A DNA stretch of 44,037 bases. Origin: a virus. The stretch lies in the IMG/VR virus record IMGVR_UViG_3300045988_088460, one strand, 5' to 3'. Both the position numbers and the translations under genes were made by a program. The notes under the pieces are model-generated. The model was not told where the DNA came from. It made no database searches and saw only the letters and a program-made list of their open reading frames with translations. Shown here in pieces: positions 1 through 8,274 of this stretch (its first letter is position 1; every line of letters starts with the position of its first letter).

Positions 1-49
1 GGACCTGCAAGCCAAACGAAAGGCAGAACTGGAGGCAGAGGCAGAAAAA
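1..49. repeat. Terminal direct repeat, copy 1 (circular closure of the contig)
   Basis: nt 1-49 (ggacctgcaagcc...ggcagaaaaa) are identical to nt 43989-44037. The ORF starting at 43528 stays in frame through it. Confidence 0.95.
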
Positions 50-109
50 GAGGCGAGAAAAAGGGCGGAGCTGGAGCAGAAGCAAATTTCCATGTTTGAT
101 GATGACTGA
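2..109 (+). CDS. 3' end of the junction-spanning Cys-rich ORF (continuation of 43528..44037 on the circle)
   Basis: The frame enters at nt 2 (GAC CTG CAA ...) and ends ...KQISMFDDD-TGA at 107-109. nt 2-49 duplicate the window end. Confidence 0.6.
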   Translation, partial: DLQAKRKAELEAEAEKEARKRAELEQKQISMFDDD

Positions 110-124
110 AAACGGGGTGAAGCC

Positions 125-307
125 ATGCAGAGCAAAAAGAACATGCGCCGGATCAGCGTCCTGGTGACCGCACAGACGGCCTATAACCTGGATAAGCTGG
201 CGGCCATGTGCTGCTACCGGGAGCGGGGCCATGTGATCGACAAGCTGGTGAGAGAAAAAATGCTGCAACTGAACGGAGGAAAGCGACATGAACAAGACGA
301 AAATTGA
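125..307 (+). CDS. Small hypothetical protein, possibly ribbon-helix-helix-like
   Basis: 60-aa ORF. RRISVLVTAQTAYNLDKLA looks like an RHH beta-strand plus helix. It overlaps the next gene by 20 nt. Confidence 0.45.
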   Translation: MQSKKNMRRISVLVTAQTAYNLDKLAAMCCYRERGHVIDKLVREKMLQLNGGKRHEQDEN

Positions 308-1091
308 CTGGGCCACCATGAGCTGGAACCCTGTAACCGGGTGCCGCCATGGGTGCCCATACTGCTACGCAAGACGGACCGCCCACCGCTTTGACGCCGG
401 GTGTGTGGATCCTGACCCGCTGGCTGACGGCCTCCATGTGCTGGAGGAGAAGATCAAGGCCACGCCATACCCATACGGATTTGAACCCACCATGCACAGA
501 TACCGCCTGAACCAGCCGGAACGCCAAGCGGAGCCGCAGACGGTTTTTGTGTGCAGCATGGCGGATCTGTTCGGGCGCTGGGTGCCAACCTCCTGGATCG
601 CGGAGGTCCTGGACGCCTGCCGCCGCGCTCCGCAGCACCGCTATTTGTTCCTGACGAAAAACCCGGCCAGATACCTGCAACTGGACTACATGGGCTTACT
701 CCCGCATGAAAATAATTTCTGGTATGGGTCCACGGTGGCCAATGAGGACGCAGCGGCCATGTACACCATGCAGGGCGTGGCAATCAACAGCTTTTGGTCT
801 ATGGAGCCGCTGCTGGGGCCGGTGGACATGAGCGCGGCGGAGGGCCTGCCCCAGTGGGTGATCCTGGGGGCCGAAACCGGGAACCGGGCGGACAAGGTGG
901 CACCGCGGCGGGAGTGGGTGGACCAGATCACACAATTCTGCGCGGAGAACGAAATCCCGGTTTTCTACAAGGACAACCTGCGGGCGCATTTCCCGGATCT
1001 CCCGCCCTCCGCCTCCCCGTGGGATGACCGGGAGGACGCAACAGCGGAATGGGCCGCCCATTACATGGGGCGCTTTGAAAGGCAGGTATGA
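288..1091 (+). CDS. Phage Gp37/Gp68 family protein (DUF5131)
   Basis: 267 aa with a GGAGGA SD. The N-terminus KIDWATMSWNPVTGCRHGCPYCYA matches the conserved start of the DUF5131 family. Confidence 0.8.
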   Translation: MNKTKIDWATMSWNPVTGCRHGCPYCYARRTAHRFDAGCVDPDPLADGLHVLEEKIKATPYPYGFEPTMHRYRLNQPERQAEPQTVFVCSMADLFGRWVPTSWIAEVLDACRRAPQHRYLFLTKNPARYLQLDYMGLLPHENNFWYGSTVANEDAAAMYTMQGVAINSFWSMEPLLGPVDMSAAEGLPQWVILGAETGNRADKVAPRREWVDQITQFCAENEIPVFYKDNLRAHFPDLPPSASPWDDREDATAEWAAHYMGRFERQV

Positions 1092-1094
1092 CCC

Positions 1095-1343
1095 GTGGAA
1101 AAAATCGAAATTGGCTACACCGTGGAGAAAGAGCGGTGGCTGGAAGCGTCGGAAAATTTGCACGAGTTTGGCCAGATCATGGCGCGGAACCTGCGGAACA
1201 TGAACAGAGACGGGTGCGGACAGGAGGCCGCGGACGATCTCATGGCGGACATTATGCTGGCCTGTGCGGCCATCGGATATGTGGCGGAGTTTGCCGTGGA
1301 TAAATGCCGGTTTATTCCTATGCCGGGAGGTGGCCAGAAGTGA
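1095..1343 (+). CDS. Hypothetical protein
   Basis: 82-aa ORF with a GTG start just after the upstream stop. No recognisable motif. Confidence 0.45.
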   Translation: MEKIEIGYTVEKERWLEASENLHEFGQIMARNLRNMNRDGCGQEAADDLMADIMLACAAIGYVAEFAVDKCRFIPMPGGGQK

Positions 1344-1585
1344 CCGAGCAGAAAAGGCCGCAACAATGTGAGGGCTGCGCGCTGGCAGAGCATGACGCAT
1401 ATATTTGTGCCCGCTGGCGCCTGTCCTATGCGGTGAATGAGCTGAAAAAGGCCATTCCTATGGTGCGGAGGACGGCGGTGGAAAATATGAAATGCCCATA
1501 CCACTACCCCGCCAGCCTTTTGGGAACCGGGGTGGTGATAATGGACGAAATAGGGCCATGGCCGCCAAAAGGAAAGGGGCGCTGA
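1340..1585 (+). CDS. Hypothetical protein
   Basis: GTG 1340 is preceded by GGGAGGTGG and overlaps the upstream TGA. ATG 1304 is an alternative start. No family recognised. Confidence 0.4.
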   Translation: MTEQKRPQQCEGCALAEHDAYICARWRLSYAVNELKKAIPMVRRTAVENMKCPYHYPASLLGTGVVIMDEIGPWPPKGKGR

Positions 1586-1986
1586 CTGTGCGGGCGGTGC
1601 TTTTGAGCATAAAACCGGAATGGTGGGAGAAGATCCTGGCTGGGGAGAAAGACCTGGAAATCAGAAAGACGGTCCCGCGGGGCGGAGCCGGAGAGCCGGA
1701 ACCGTGGCCGCTGCTGGTCCTGGCGTATGTAAGCGGGACCGGGGCCGTGCTGGGGCAATTTCTCTGCATGGGGTGGGTGAAAAGCAACTGCTGGCGGTAT
1801 CTGTCCTCCCGATCCTGCGTACCGGAGGAGGATCTGAAAAAATACGCCGGCGGAAAATCGCTGTATGGCTGGATTGTGGGAGAGGCGGAGGCATACGACA
1901 CCCCCAGCCCGCTGGCAGAGTTCGGGCTGAACCGTCCGCCTATGTCGTGGCAATATGTGGAGATCCCGGACCCGGAGGACGAATAA
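1558..1986 (+). CDS. ASCH (PUA-like) domain protein
   Basis: LSIKPEWWEKILAGEKDLEIRK is a typical ASCH N-terminal motif. Start is ATG 1558, with GTG 1588 as an alternative. Confidence 0.7.
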   Translation: MAAKRKGALTVRAVLLSIKPEWWEKILAGEKDLEIRKTVPRGGAGEPEPWPLLVLAYVSGTGAVLGQFLCMGWVKSNCWRYLSSRSCVPEEDLKKYAGGKSLYGWIVGEAEAYDTPSPLAEFGLNRPPMSWQYVEIPDPEDE

Positions 1987-2459
1987 TGGCCATCAATCTT
2001 TCGGACCTGCCGCCCAAATATCAGCGGCAGGCCGTGGAAAAGTACATGAAGCAGCAGAAGCGGCGGGGGCCTGCGCCCTCCGCCGCCGCTGTGCAGAATA
2101 CAGACAGGGCGGCGAAATATCGCAACACCCCCACCGAGCGGGTCACCGCCTCCGGGGCCGTTCTCCGCTTTGACAGCCAAAAAGAGGCCCGGAGATATGA
2201 CCACCTGACCCTACGACAGCAAGCCGGAGAAATCCATGATCTGCGCCTCCAGGTGGATTTTACTTTGCAAGAGGCATACACAGACCAGGAGGGGCGGAGA
2301 GTACGGGCCATCCGCTACCGGGCAGATTTTACATACAGGGAGCGGGACGGGCGGCTGGTGGTGGAGGATGTAAAAAGCAAGCCCACCAGAACGCGGGAAT
2401 ATCTGATCAAGCGAAAGCTGATGAAAGAGCGGCGCGGAATTGACATAACCGAGGTGTGA
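1986..2459 (+). CDS. DUF1064 family protein (putative nuclease/resolvase-like)
   Basis: The ATG overlaps the upstream TAA. KYRNTPTE..., FDSQKEARRY, RYRADFTY and VVEDVKSKPT follow the DUF1064 pattern. Confidence 0.7.
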   Translation: MAINLSDLPPKYQRQAVEKYMKQQKRRGPAPSAAAVQNTDRAAKYRNTPTERVTASGAVLRFDSQKEARRYDHLTLRQQAGEIHDLRLQVDFTLQEAYTDQEGRRVRAIRYRADFTYRERDGRLVVEDVKSKPTRTREYLIKRKLMKERRGIDITEV

Positions 2460-2461
2460 AC

Positions 2462-2989
2462 ATGAAGCAGCAGACAACGGGCGGGGCCACCCGCGAAGCC
2501 GTAAAAGAATATTTACAGCAGTACCACATGGCGCGGGAGCGGCGGCGCATACTGGAGCGGCGGCATGATGTACTGGCGCGGGAGCTGAACGCCCCGGCAC
2601 CGGGGACTACATACAGGACCATGCCGGCCTCCCGCCCTGCGGCAGACAGCGAGGGGGCCGTGTCCGTTGTCTTTCGCTTGTCAGAGGTTGAGGAGCGCAT
2701 AGAAGCCCAACGGGTGGCCATGGGCCGGGCCATCACCATGGTGATGGATCTCATTGACCTGCTACCGGAGAACAGCATGGAGCGCACCGTGGTGGAACTG
2801 CGGCACATAGATTGCAAGAAATGGGAACGGATCTGCAAAGAGGTCCACATGAGCAGGTCAAGGGTAAATGTTTACTACAACGCCGCCCTGGATATTATTC
2901 TATCCAATGCACGGGCGCAGAAGTTAGTACAAGAGTTTGAGCAAGGGCAGACACCAGAGATATGCACAGAAAAAAATAGGCCATCTTGA
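2462..2989 (+). CDS. Sigma-70 region-4-like late transcription regulator (ArpU/RinA/DUF1492-like)
   Basis: ATG 2462 follows GAGGTG (the track start GTG 2456 is also possible). The C-terminal ERTVVELRHIDCKKWERICKEVHMSRSRVNVYYNAALDII resembles a region-4 HTH. It is the last gene before the packaging module. Confidence 0.5.
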   Translation: MKQQTTGGATREAVKEYLQQYHMARERRRILERRHDVLARELNAPAPGTTYRTMPASRPAADSEGAVSVVFRLSEVEERIEAQRVAMGRAITMVMDLIDLLPENSMERTVVELRHIDCKKWERICKEVHMSRSRVNVYYNAALDIILSNARAQKLVQEFEQGQTPEICTEKNRPS

Positions 2990-3076
2990 AAAGACAGGAC
3001 ACAACAGGACATTCACCTGTGGTATTCTGGTATCGTGGAAAACGACAGGGGCAAGAGCAAAGCCCCAGCCAAATAG

Positions 3077-3120
3077 AGAAAGGCCGCCAGGGCGTGAGAA
3101 CCTGACGGCCTTTCTGTTTC
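3077..3120 (+). terminator. Possible intrinsic terminator ending the early operon
   Basis: 10-bp stem AGAAAGGCCG/CGGCCTTTCT (3077-3086 / 3106-3115) with a 19-nt loop, followed by GTTTC. The large loop and weak U-tract lower confidence. Confidence 0.35.
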
Positions 3121-3378
3121 CACACCATGGGCCGGGGAGCAGAACCGCAGGGACTTTTCTCCTTTCCCCCTGCCCCGCCGCATTGTACACGAGCGCAGCG
3201 GGCTGGCCCAACCCCGTTGCCCTGGGCCGCTCATGCCGAGGGGTGGCCCAGGGCCTCCCTTGTGATTTTACCACCCCCTCCCCCATTTGGGTCCTTTCTG
3301 AAAAATAAATCTTTGCGGGGCAAGTGAAGTCCGATTATTTTCCACAAAAAATCAAAAATTTTCAGGGGTGTTTCGTTA

Positions 3379-3479
3379 CGCTTTTTCAAAAAGCGGGAAA
3401 GCCATACCCCCTAAAGGGGGTATCAGGCGGAAAGGGGATGAAGAAAACGCGAAATCGCCCACGCCTAAAAAGCGAAATC
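3379..3479. promoter_or_regulatory. Palindrome and direct-repeat cluster upstream of terS (candidate cos/terminase-binding or late promoter region)
   Basis: 17-nt palindrome CGCTTTTTCAAAAAGCG (3379-3395). Inverted repeat ATACCCCCT-AA-AGGGGGTAT (3404-3423). Direct repeats AAAAnGCGAAATC (3444-3456 and 3467-3479). Confidence 0.3.
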
Positions 3480-3519
3480 CGGCAGGACGGGGCGAACCGG
3501 GCCAGCGGCACAAAAGGAG

Positions 3520-4134
3520 GTGCAGCCGGTGGCGGAGAAAAAAGGGGCCGGAAAGGCCAAAACAGGGGCGGCCAGTAAGGCGGCGAAAGCGCCGGCGGCC
3601 CTGAATACAGTCCCGGAGTGGGCCAGCACCACGGCGGTGGCCAAGCTGCTGGGGAAAACCACCCGGCGGATCCAGCAGCTCACCCAGGACGGCGTGCTGG
3701 AAACCGAGGTGCCGCCCGGCGGCGGCGCCCGAAAATATAAAACCTGCGAAACGATCCAGCGTTATATTGCCCACATCGAGCAAAAGGCCCAGGAAACGGC
3801 GGCGGCCAGCTCCACCGCGGAGCTGAACCTGCGGAAGCTGGAGGCGGAGGTAGAGCTGAAAGAAAGCCAGGGCCAGCTCCACAAGCTGAAAACCGCCATT
3901 GCCGAGGGGAAATACATCAAGGCCGAGGAGGCCACCAGGGATCTGGCGGACTTCATGGCCATGTTTAAGAAATTCGCCATGAACATCCCACCCCGCGCCG
4001 TGAAATCCATAGCCGGATATGCGGACCCGCAAACGGCCAGGGCCATGGAAAGGGCAATGCGCAAGGAGCTGGAGGATATGCTGGCCGTATTCGTTGACGC
4101 GGCGGAGATCGGACCGGAGGAGGCGGAGCCATGA
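3520..4134 (+). CDS. terS: Terminase small subunit
   Basis: 204 aa. GTG 3520 is the track start, but GTG 3529 has better spacing to AAGGAGG. HTH-like EWASTTAVAKLLGKTTRRIQQLTQDGVL is followed by a coiled coil. It overlaps the terL start. Confidence 0.65.
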   Translation: MQPVAEKKGAGKAKTGAASKAAKAPAALNTVPEWASTTAVAKLLGKTTRRIQQLTQDGVLETEVPPGGGARKYKTCETIQRYIAHIEQKAQETAAASSTAELNLRKLEAEVELKESQGQLHKLKTAIAEGKYIKAEEATRDLADFMAMFKKFAMNIPPRAVKSIAGYADPQTARAMERAMRKELEDMLAVFVDAAEIGPEEAEP

Positions 4135-5963
4135 GGCCGTACAGAGCAAAGCCGTACACGGTGCCGTCGTGGATCCACCGGGCGCTCCTGTCTATGCGGC
4201 CAGCGGAACGCCTGCCGGTTTCCAAATGGGCGGAGAAATGGCGGGTCCTGCCCGACACCAACGCCATACCGGGGCCATTCCGCAACAGCGTGACCCCGTA
4301 TTTGGCGGAGATCATGGACGCCTTCTCCAACGAGGATGTGGAGCGGATCGTATTTGTAAAGCCCACCCAGGTGGGAGGCACCACGGCCCTGGAGAATATG
4401 CTGGCCAGCGCCATTGACCAAGACCCGGCACCGACTATGATCGTCTACCCCTCCAAGGAACTGGCAGAGCGGACGGTGGAGGCGAAGCTGGAGCCGATGA
4501 TCCGGCAATGCAAACCGCTGGCAGCCAAGTACCGGGAGGCGGAAAGCCAAAAGCTAAAGCTGAAATTTGAAACCATGTTCGTTTTTCTTTCGGGAGCAAA
4601 CAGCCCGGCCTCCCTGTCCTCCACCCCGATCCGGTATTTGTTTCTTGACGAAGTGGACAAATTTCCGGGAGCCTCCAAAAAAGAGGCGGATCCGGTTTCC
4701 CTGGCCATAGAGCGCACCAAGACCTACACCACAAACCGCAAGATCTTCATGGCCTCCACCCCCACGCTGAAATCCGGCCACATCTGGAAAGCCAAGGAGG
4801 AGGCGGAAGCGGAAAAGCATTACTTTGTGCCATGCCCCCATTGCGGGGAGTACATCGAATTTGTATTTGCACAGCTGAAATGGCCGAGCAAGGACGATGT
4901 GCCGGACAGCGCCGAGCGGGCGGAAATGGCAACCTATGTCTGCCAAGCCTGCGGGGCCGTGATCACTGACCAGGACAAGGGGAAAATGCTGGCCGCCGGC
5001 AGGTGGCAGACGGTCCGGCAGACCGCCGCCAGGCCCTCCAGCGTGGCCTATTGGCTAAACACCCTGTACTCCCCTTTCACGCGGTTTTCAGAGATTGCCA
5101 AGGAGTTCCTGCGGTGTAAGGATGACCCGGAGCTGCTGCAAAACTTTGTCAACAGCTGGCTGGCGGAGCCATGGGAGGACACCAAACTGCGGACCAATGC
5201 GGAGCTGGTGCTGGAGCGGCAGACCGAGGTGGAGGCATACGCCCTGCCGAAGTGGGCGAAGCTGATCACCGCCGGCATAGATGTGCAGGAAAATTGCCTG
5301 TACTGGACGATCCGGGCCTGGGGCGATTACATGACCAGCCAGAACATTGCCCACGGCCAGGCGCTATCCATGAACGAGGTGGCGCAGATCATGAACACCG
5401 AGTTTATACACCCGGACGGGCAAAGGCTTTTGGTGTCGCTGGCCCTGATGGACAGCGGCGACCAGACCGAGGAGGTCTACGAGTTCTGCGCCCTAAATGC
5501 GGACTGGGTGCTGCCGTGCAAGGGCGTACCCACCATGCTGTCCCACTATCGCCTGTCAAAAGTCAACAAGGCCGGCAGCAATGCCTACGGCATGGACCTG
5601 GTGCTGGTGGACGGCGGGAAGTACAAGGACATGATCGCCGCCCGCATGAGGAAGCCAAACGGAAGCGGATCCTGGATGGTCTACAAGGGCTGTGATCTGG
5701 AGTATGCGGAGCAGGTCACCGCGGAACATAAAGTAACCGAGCGGGCCAACGGGAAAGTGGTGCAGAAATGGGTGCCGAAAACCACCCACGCAGACAACCA
5801 CTATCTGGACTGTGAGGTGTACGCCGCGGCGGCGGCGGACATGCAGGGCGTCCGGTCCCTATACCTGCAAAGCCGGGAGCCGGAAAAGCCAAAGAAGCCA
5901 AAGCCGGAGCCTGCACCGACCCCGGAGGAAAACTGGATCCGGCAAAATGAGAGCTGGGTATAA
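4131..5963 (+). CDS. terL: Terminase large subunit, lambda GpA family
   Basis: 610 aa. The N-terminal LPVSKWAEKWRVLP...PYLAEIMDAFS...VFVKPTQVGGTTALENML and the overall size fit the GpA family, and the gpW-portal gene order follows. Confidence 0.9.
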   Translation: MRPYRAKPYTVPSWIHRALLSMRPAERLPVSKWAEKWRVLPDTNAIPGPFRNSVTPYLAEIMDAFSNEDVERIVFVKPTQVGGTTALENMLASAIDQDPAPTMIVYPSKELAERTVEAKLEPMIRQCKPLAAKYREAESQKLKLKFETMFVFLSGANSPASLSSTPIRYLFLDEVDKFPGASKKEADPVSLAIERTKTYTTNRKIFMASTPTLKSGHIWKAKEEAEAEKHYFVPCPHCGEYIEFVFAQLKWPSKDDVPDSAERAEMATYVCQACGAVITDQDKGKMLAAGRWQTVRQTAARPSSVAYWLNTLYSPFTRFSEIAKEFLRCKDDPELLQNFVNSWLAEPWEDTKLRTNAELVLERQTEVEAYALPKWAKLITAGIDVQENCLYWTIRAWGDYMTSQNIAHGQALSMNEVAQIMNTEFIHPDGQRLLVSLALMDSGDQTEEVYEFCALNADWVLPCKGVPTMLSHYRLSKVNKAGSNAYGMDLVLVDGGKYKDMIAARMRKPNGSGSWMVYKGCDLEYAEQVTAEHKVTERANGKVVQKWVPKTTHADNHYLDCEVYAAAAADMQGVRSLYLQSREPEKPKKPKPEPAPTPEENWIRQNESWV

Positions 5964-5978
5964 AAACGGGAGGACGAA

Positions 5979-6206
5979 ATGGAAAGCACACAAATGAAGC
6001 CGGCGGAACTGCTGGAGCAGGTCAATAAGGCCATTGCGGCGGTGCTGGTGGGCGGCCAGTCCTACAAGATCGGCAGCCGGTCCCTGACGCGGGCGGACCT
6101 GTCCATGCTGAAAGCCATGCGGGATGATCTGGAGGCCCAGGTGGCGGCAGGAACCCCCTCCCACCTGCTGGATCGGACCTTTGTGGCCTACTTTGACGGG
6201 AGGTGA
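5979..6206 (+). CDS. gpW-like head-tail joining protein
   Basis: 75 aa between terL and the portal, as in lambda. AELLEQVNKAIAAVLVGGQSYKIGSRSLTRADLSMLKAMRDDLE fits the gpW pattern. Confidence 0.65.
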   Translation: MESTQMKPAELLEQVNKAIAAVLVGGQSYKIGSRSLTRADLSMLKAMRDDLEAQVAAGTPSHLLDRTFVAYFDGR

Positions 6207-6215
6207 CCGTGCCGC

Positions 6216-7775
6216 ATGGGATTTTTGGATAACATCATCACCGCAATTTCGCCGGAAAGGGGCTACCGGCGGGAGGCATGGCGGCAAGCCCTGGAGGAGC
6301 TGCGGGGATATGACGCGGCCAGCCATGGGCGCCTAAATGCCGGGTGGCGGGTTTTCAACGAAAGCGCGGAATTAACAGACCGTTACAGCCGGGATGTGAT
6401 CCGCGCACGCGCACGCGACCTGGAACGCAACAGCGACATTGCCCAGTCTGTGATCCACGCCTTTCGGCGGAATGTGATCGGGAAAGGCTATAAGCTCCAG
6501 GCAAAGACGGAAAGCGAGCTGCTAAACGACCAGCTGGACAAGCTGTGGAAGCAATGGTGCCGCAAGGAGAACTGCGACATAACCGCGTCCCAGTCTTTCA
6601 ACCAGATTATGCGCATGGCCGTAACGCGGAAGCAGGTGGACGGCGGGATCCTGTTCATCAAGCGATACACGAGGGGCGGCCTGGTGCCGTTCAAGCTCCA
6701 AATGATCGAGGTGGACGAACTGGACACCACCGCCTCCATCCCCAGGCACAAGGGAAACACCGTGGTGGGTGGGATCGAGTACGACCCGGCCCGCCGGGCG
6801 GTGGGCTATTTCATCCAGCAGTACGATGTGGAGGGCTGGAAGCTGACCACCCCGGTGTACATCGAGGCCAAGCATGTGATCCCATACTGGACCAAGCACC
6901 GCCCCAGCCAGCTGCGTGAGGTTTCGGACCTGTCCCCCACCATTACGCGGGTACGGGACACAAACGAATTTATAACCGCCGTTTCCGTCAAGGAGCGGAT
7001 CGCGGCCTGCCTGGCCGTGTTCATCAAGCGATCAACGCCAACGGGCGGGTTTGGCCGCGGCGGCGTGGTGGCCGGCGGGGACCGGGTGACCTACGAGGGC
7101 AAGAGCCTGACCCCCGGCATGATCAAGGAAATGAATGTGGGGGACAGTATCGAAACTGTGGAGCCGAAAAGCGCGGGATCGGACGCCTCCCAATTCCTGA
7201 AAATGCAATGGCGTCTGATCGGAGCCGGCCAGGGCATGAGCTACGAGGCCACCAGCCGGGACATGTCGGAAAGCAATTATTCCAGCGCACGGCAGGGAGC
7301 GAATGAGGATGAAGCCACATTCGCGGCGGAGATCGAGCTGCTGATCGAGATCATGAGCGAGATCTACGAAACTTTTGTTATTTCCTGTTATCTCACCGGG
7401 CTGATCAACCCGCCCGGATTTTGGGATAAAAAGGCGGATTACCTGGCGCACAAATGGGTGCAGGCACCGAAAAAATGGATCGACCCGGCCAAGGAAACCA
7501 CCGCCACCAAAACCGCCCTGGCAACGGGCCAAAAGACATTCCAGGATGTCGCAGCCGAACAGGGCAAGGACTGGAAAGAGGCCGTGGACGAAATGGCCGA
7601 GGTCCTGAAATATGGCCGTAAAGCCGGCATTGAGATGGGAGGTGTAATTTATGGCCAAGGAGCAGCAGCACAGCAGAACGCCGGAACCCAGGGACAAGAG
7701 CCGGGGAACCAGGAGCATGGGGGAAATCCTGATCCGACAGGAGGAGGGGCAGGACAGCCGCCGGAGAACAGTTAG
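6216..7775 (+). CDS. Portal protein (lambda type)
   Basis: 519 aa with a GGGAGGTG SD. Assigned by its position after gpW and by the motif YSRDVIRARARDLERNSDIAQS. Confidence 0.85.
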   Translation: MGFLDNIITAISPERGYRREAWRQALEELRGYDAASHGRLNAGWRVFNESAELTDRYSRDVIRARARDLERNSDIAQSVIHAFRRNVIGKGYKLQAKTESELLNDQLDKLWKQWCRKENCDITASQSFNQIMRMAVTRKQVDGGILFIKRYTRGGLVPFKLQMIEVDELDTTASIPRHKGNTVVGGIEYDPARRAVGYFIQQYDVEGWKLTTPVYIEAKHVIPYWTKHRPSQLREVSDLSPTITRVRDTNEFITAVSVKERIAACLAVFIKRSTPTGGFGRGGVVAGGDRVTYEGKSLTPGMIKEMNVGDSIETVEPKSAGSDASQFLKMQWRLIGAGQGMSYEATSRDMSESNYSSARQGANEDEATFAAEIELLIEIMSEIYETFVISCYLTGLINPPGFWDKKADYLAHKWVQAPKKWIDPAKETTATKTALATGQKTFQDVAAEQGKDWKEAVDEMAEVLKYGRKAGIEMGGVIYGQGAAAQQNAGTQGQEPGNQEHGGNPDPTGGGAGQPPENS

Positions 7776-8268
7776 TTTCTCCAGCGAAACGCCATACCGC
7801 CGCTATTTCGGCATGGAGATCCTGGACCATGCGGAGGGTGCCGTAGACCTGGGGCGCCTGAACAGCGTGGGTGTCCTGCTTTTCAACCATGATGTGGACA
7901 GGGTGGTGGGCCGCGTGGTCCGCGCCTGGGTGGAAAACAACCGCGGCATGGCAGAGGTGGAATTTGATACCGACGCGGACGCGGAAAAGATTTTCAGCAA
8001 GGTGCAGAGCGGGACCCTGAAAACCACATCGGTGCGGTACAGAGTGGACAGCTGGGAGGAAGTCCGGGCCGGGGCTACATCGGCAGACGGACGATTTACC
8101 GGACCATGCAGTATCGCCAGGCGTTGGACGCCCATGGAAATCTCCGTTGTTTCTGTGCCGGCGGACGCCACCGTGGGCGTGGGCCGATCCAGTGAAAGCG
8201 CAGACACACCGGACCTGTCCGCATACGAGCGGCAGATCCAAATCAATCAAAATACTTTTAGGAGGTAA
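7651..8268 (+). CDS. Prohead maturation protease (HK97 family)
   Basis: VLLFNHDVDRVVGRV and GTLKTTSVRY are typical of the family. ATG 7651 has a GGGAGGTG SD but overlaps the portal by 125 nt. ATG 7717 is an alternative. Confidence 0.75.
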   Translation: MAKEQQHSRTPEPRDKSRGTRSMGEILIRQEEGQDSRRRTVSFSSETPYRRYFGMEILDHAEGAVDLGRLNSVGVLLFNHDVDRVVGRVVRAWVENNRGMAEVEFDTDADAEKIFSKVQSGTLKTTSVRYRVDSWEEVRAGATSADGRFTGPCSIARRWTPMEISVVSVPADATVGVGRSSESADTPDLSAYERQIQINQNTFRR

Positions 8269-8274
8269 AGAGTA

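Noticed and set aside
1620-2459. 279-aa version of the DUF1064 ORF
   Set aside because: The first 122 codons overlap the ASCH gene in another frame and are Gly/Arg/Pro-rich. The family-like sequence starts at ATG 1986, coupled to the ASCH stop.
3324-3604. ORFs 3324..3578 and 3368..3604 in the gap upstream of terS
   Set aside because: They are overlapping alternative frames of a purine-rich stretch giving Lys/Arg/Gly low-complexity strings. There is no SD, and the region fits a regulatory or cos role better.
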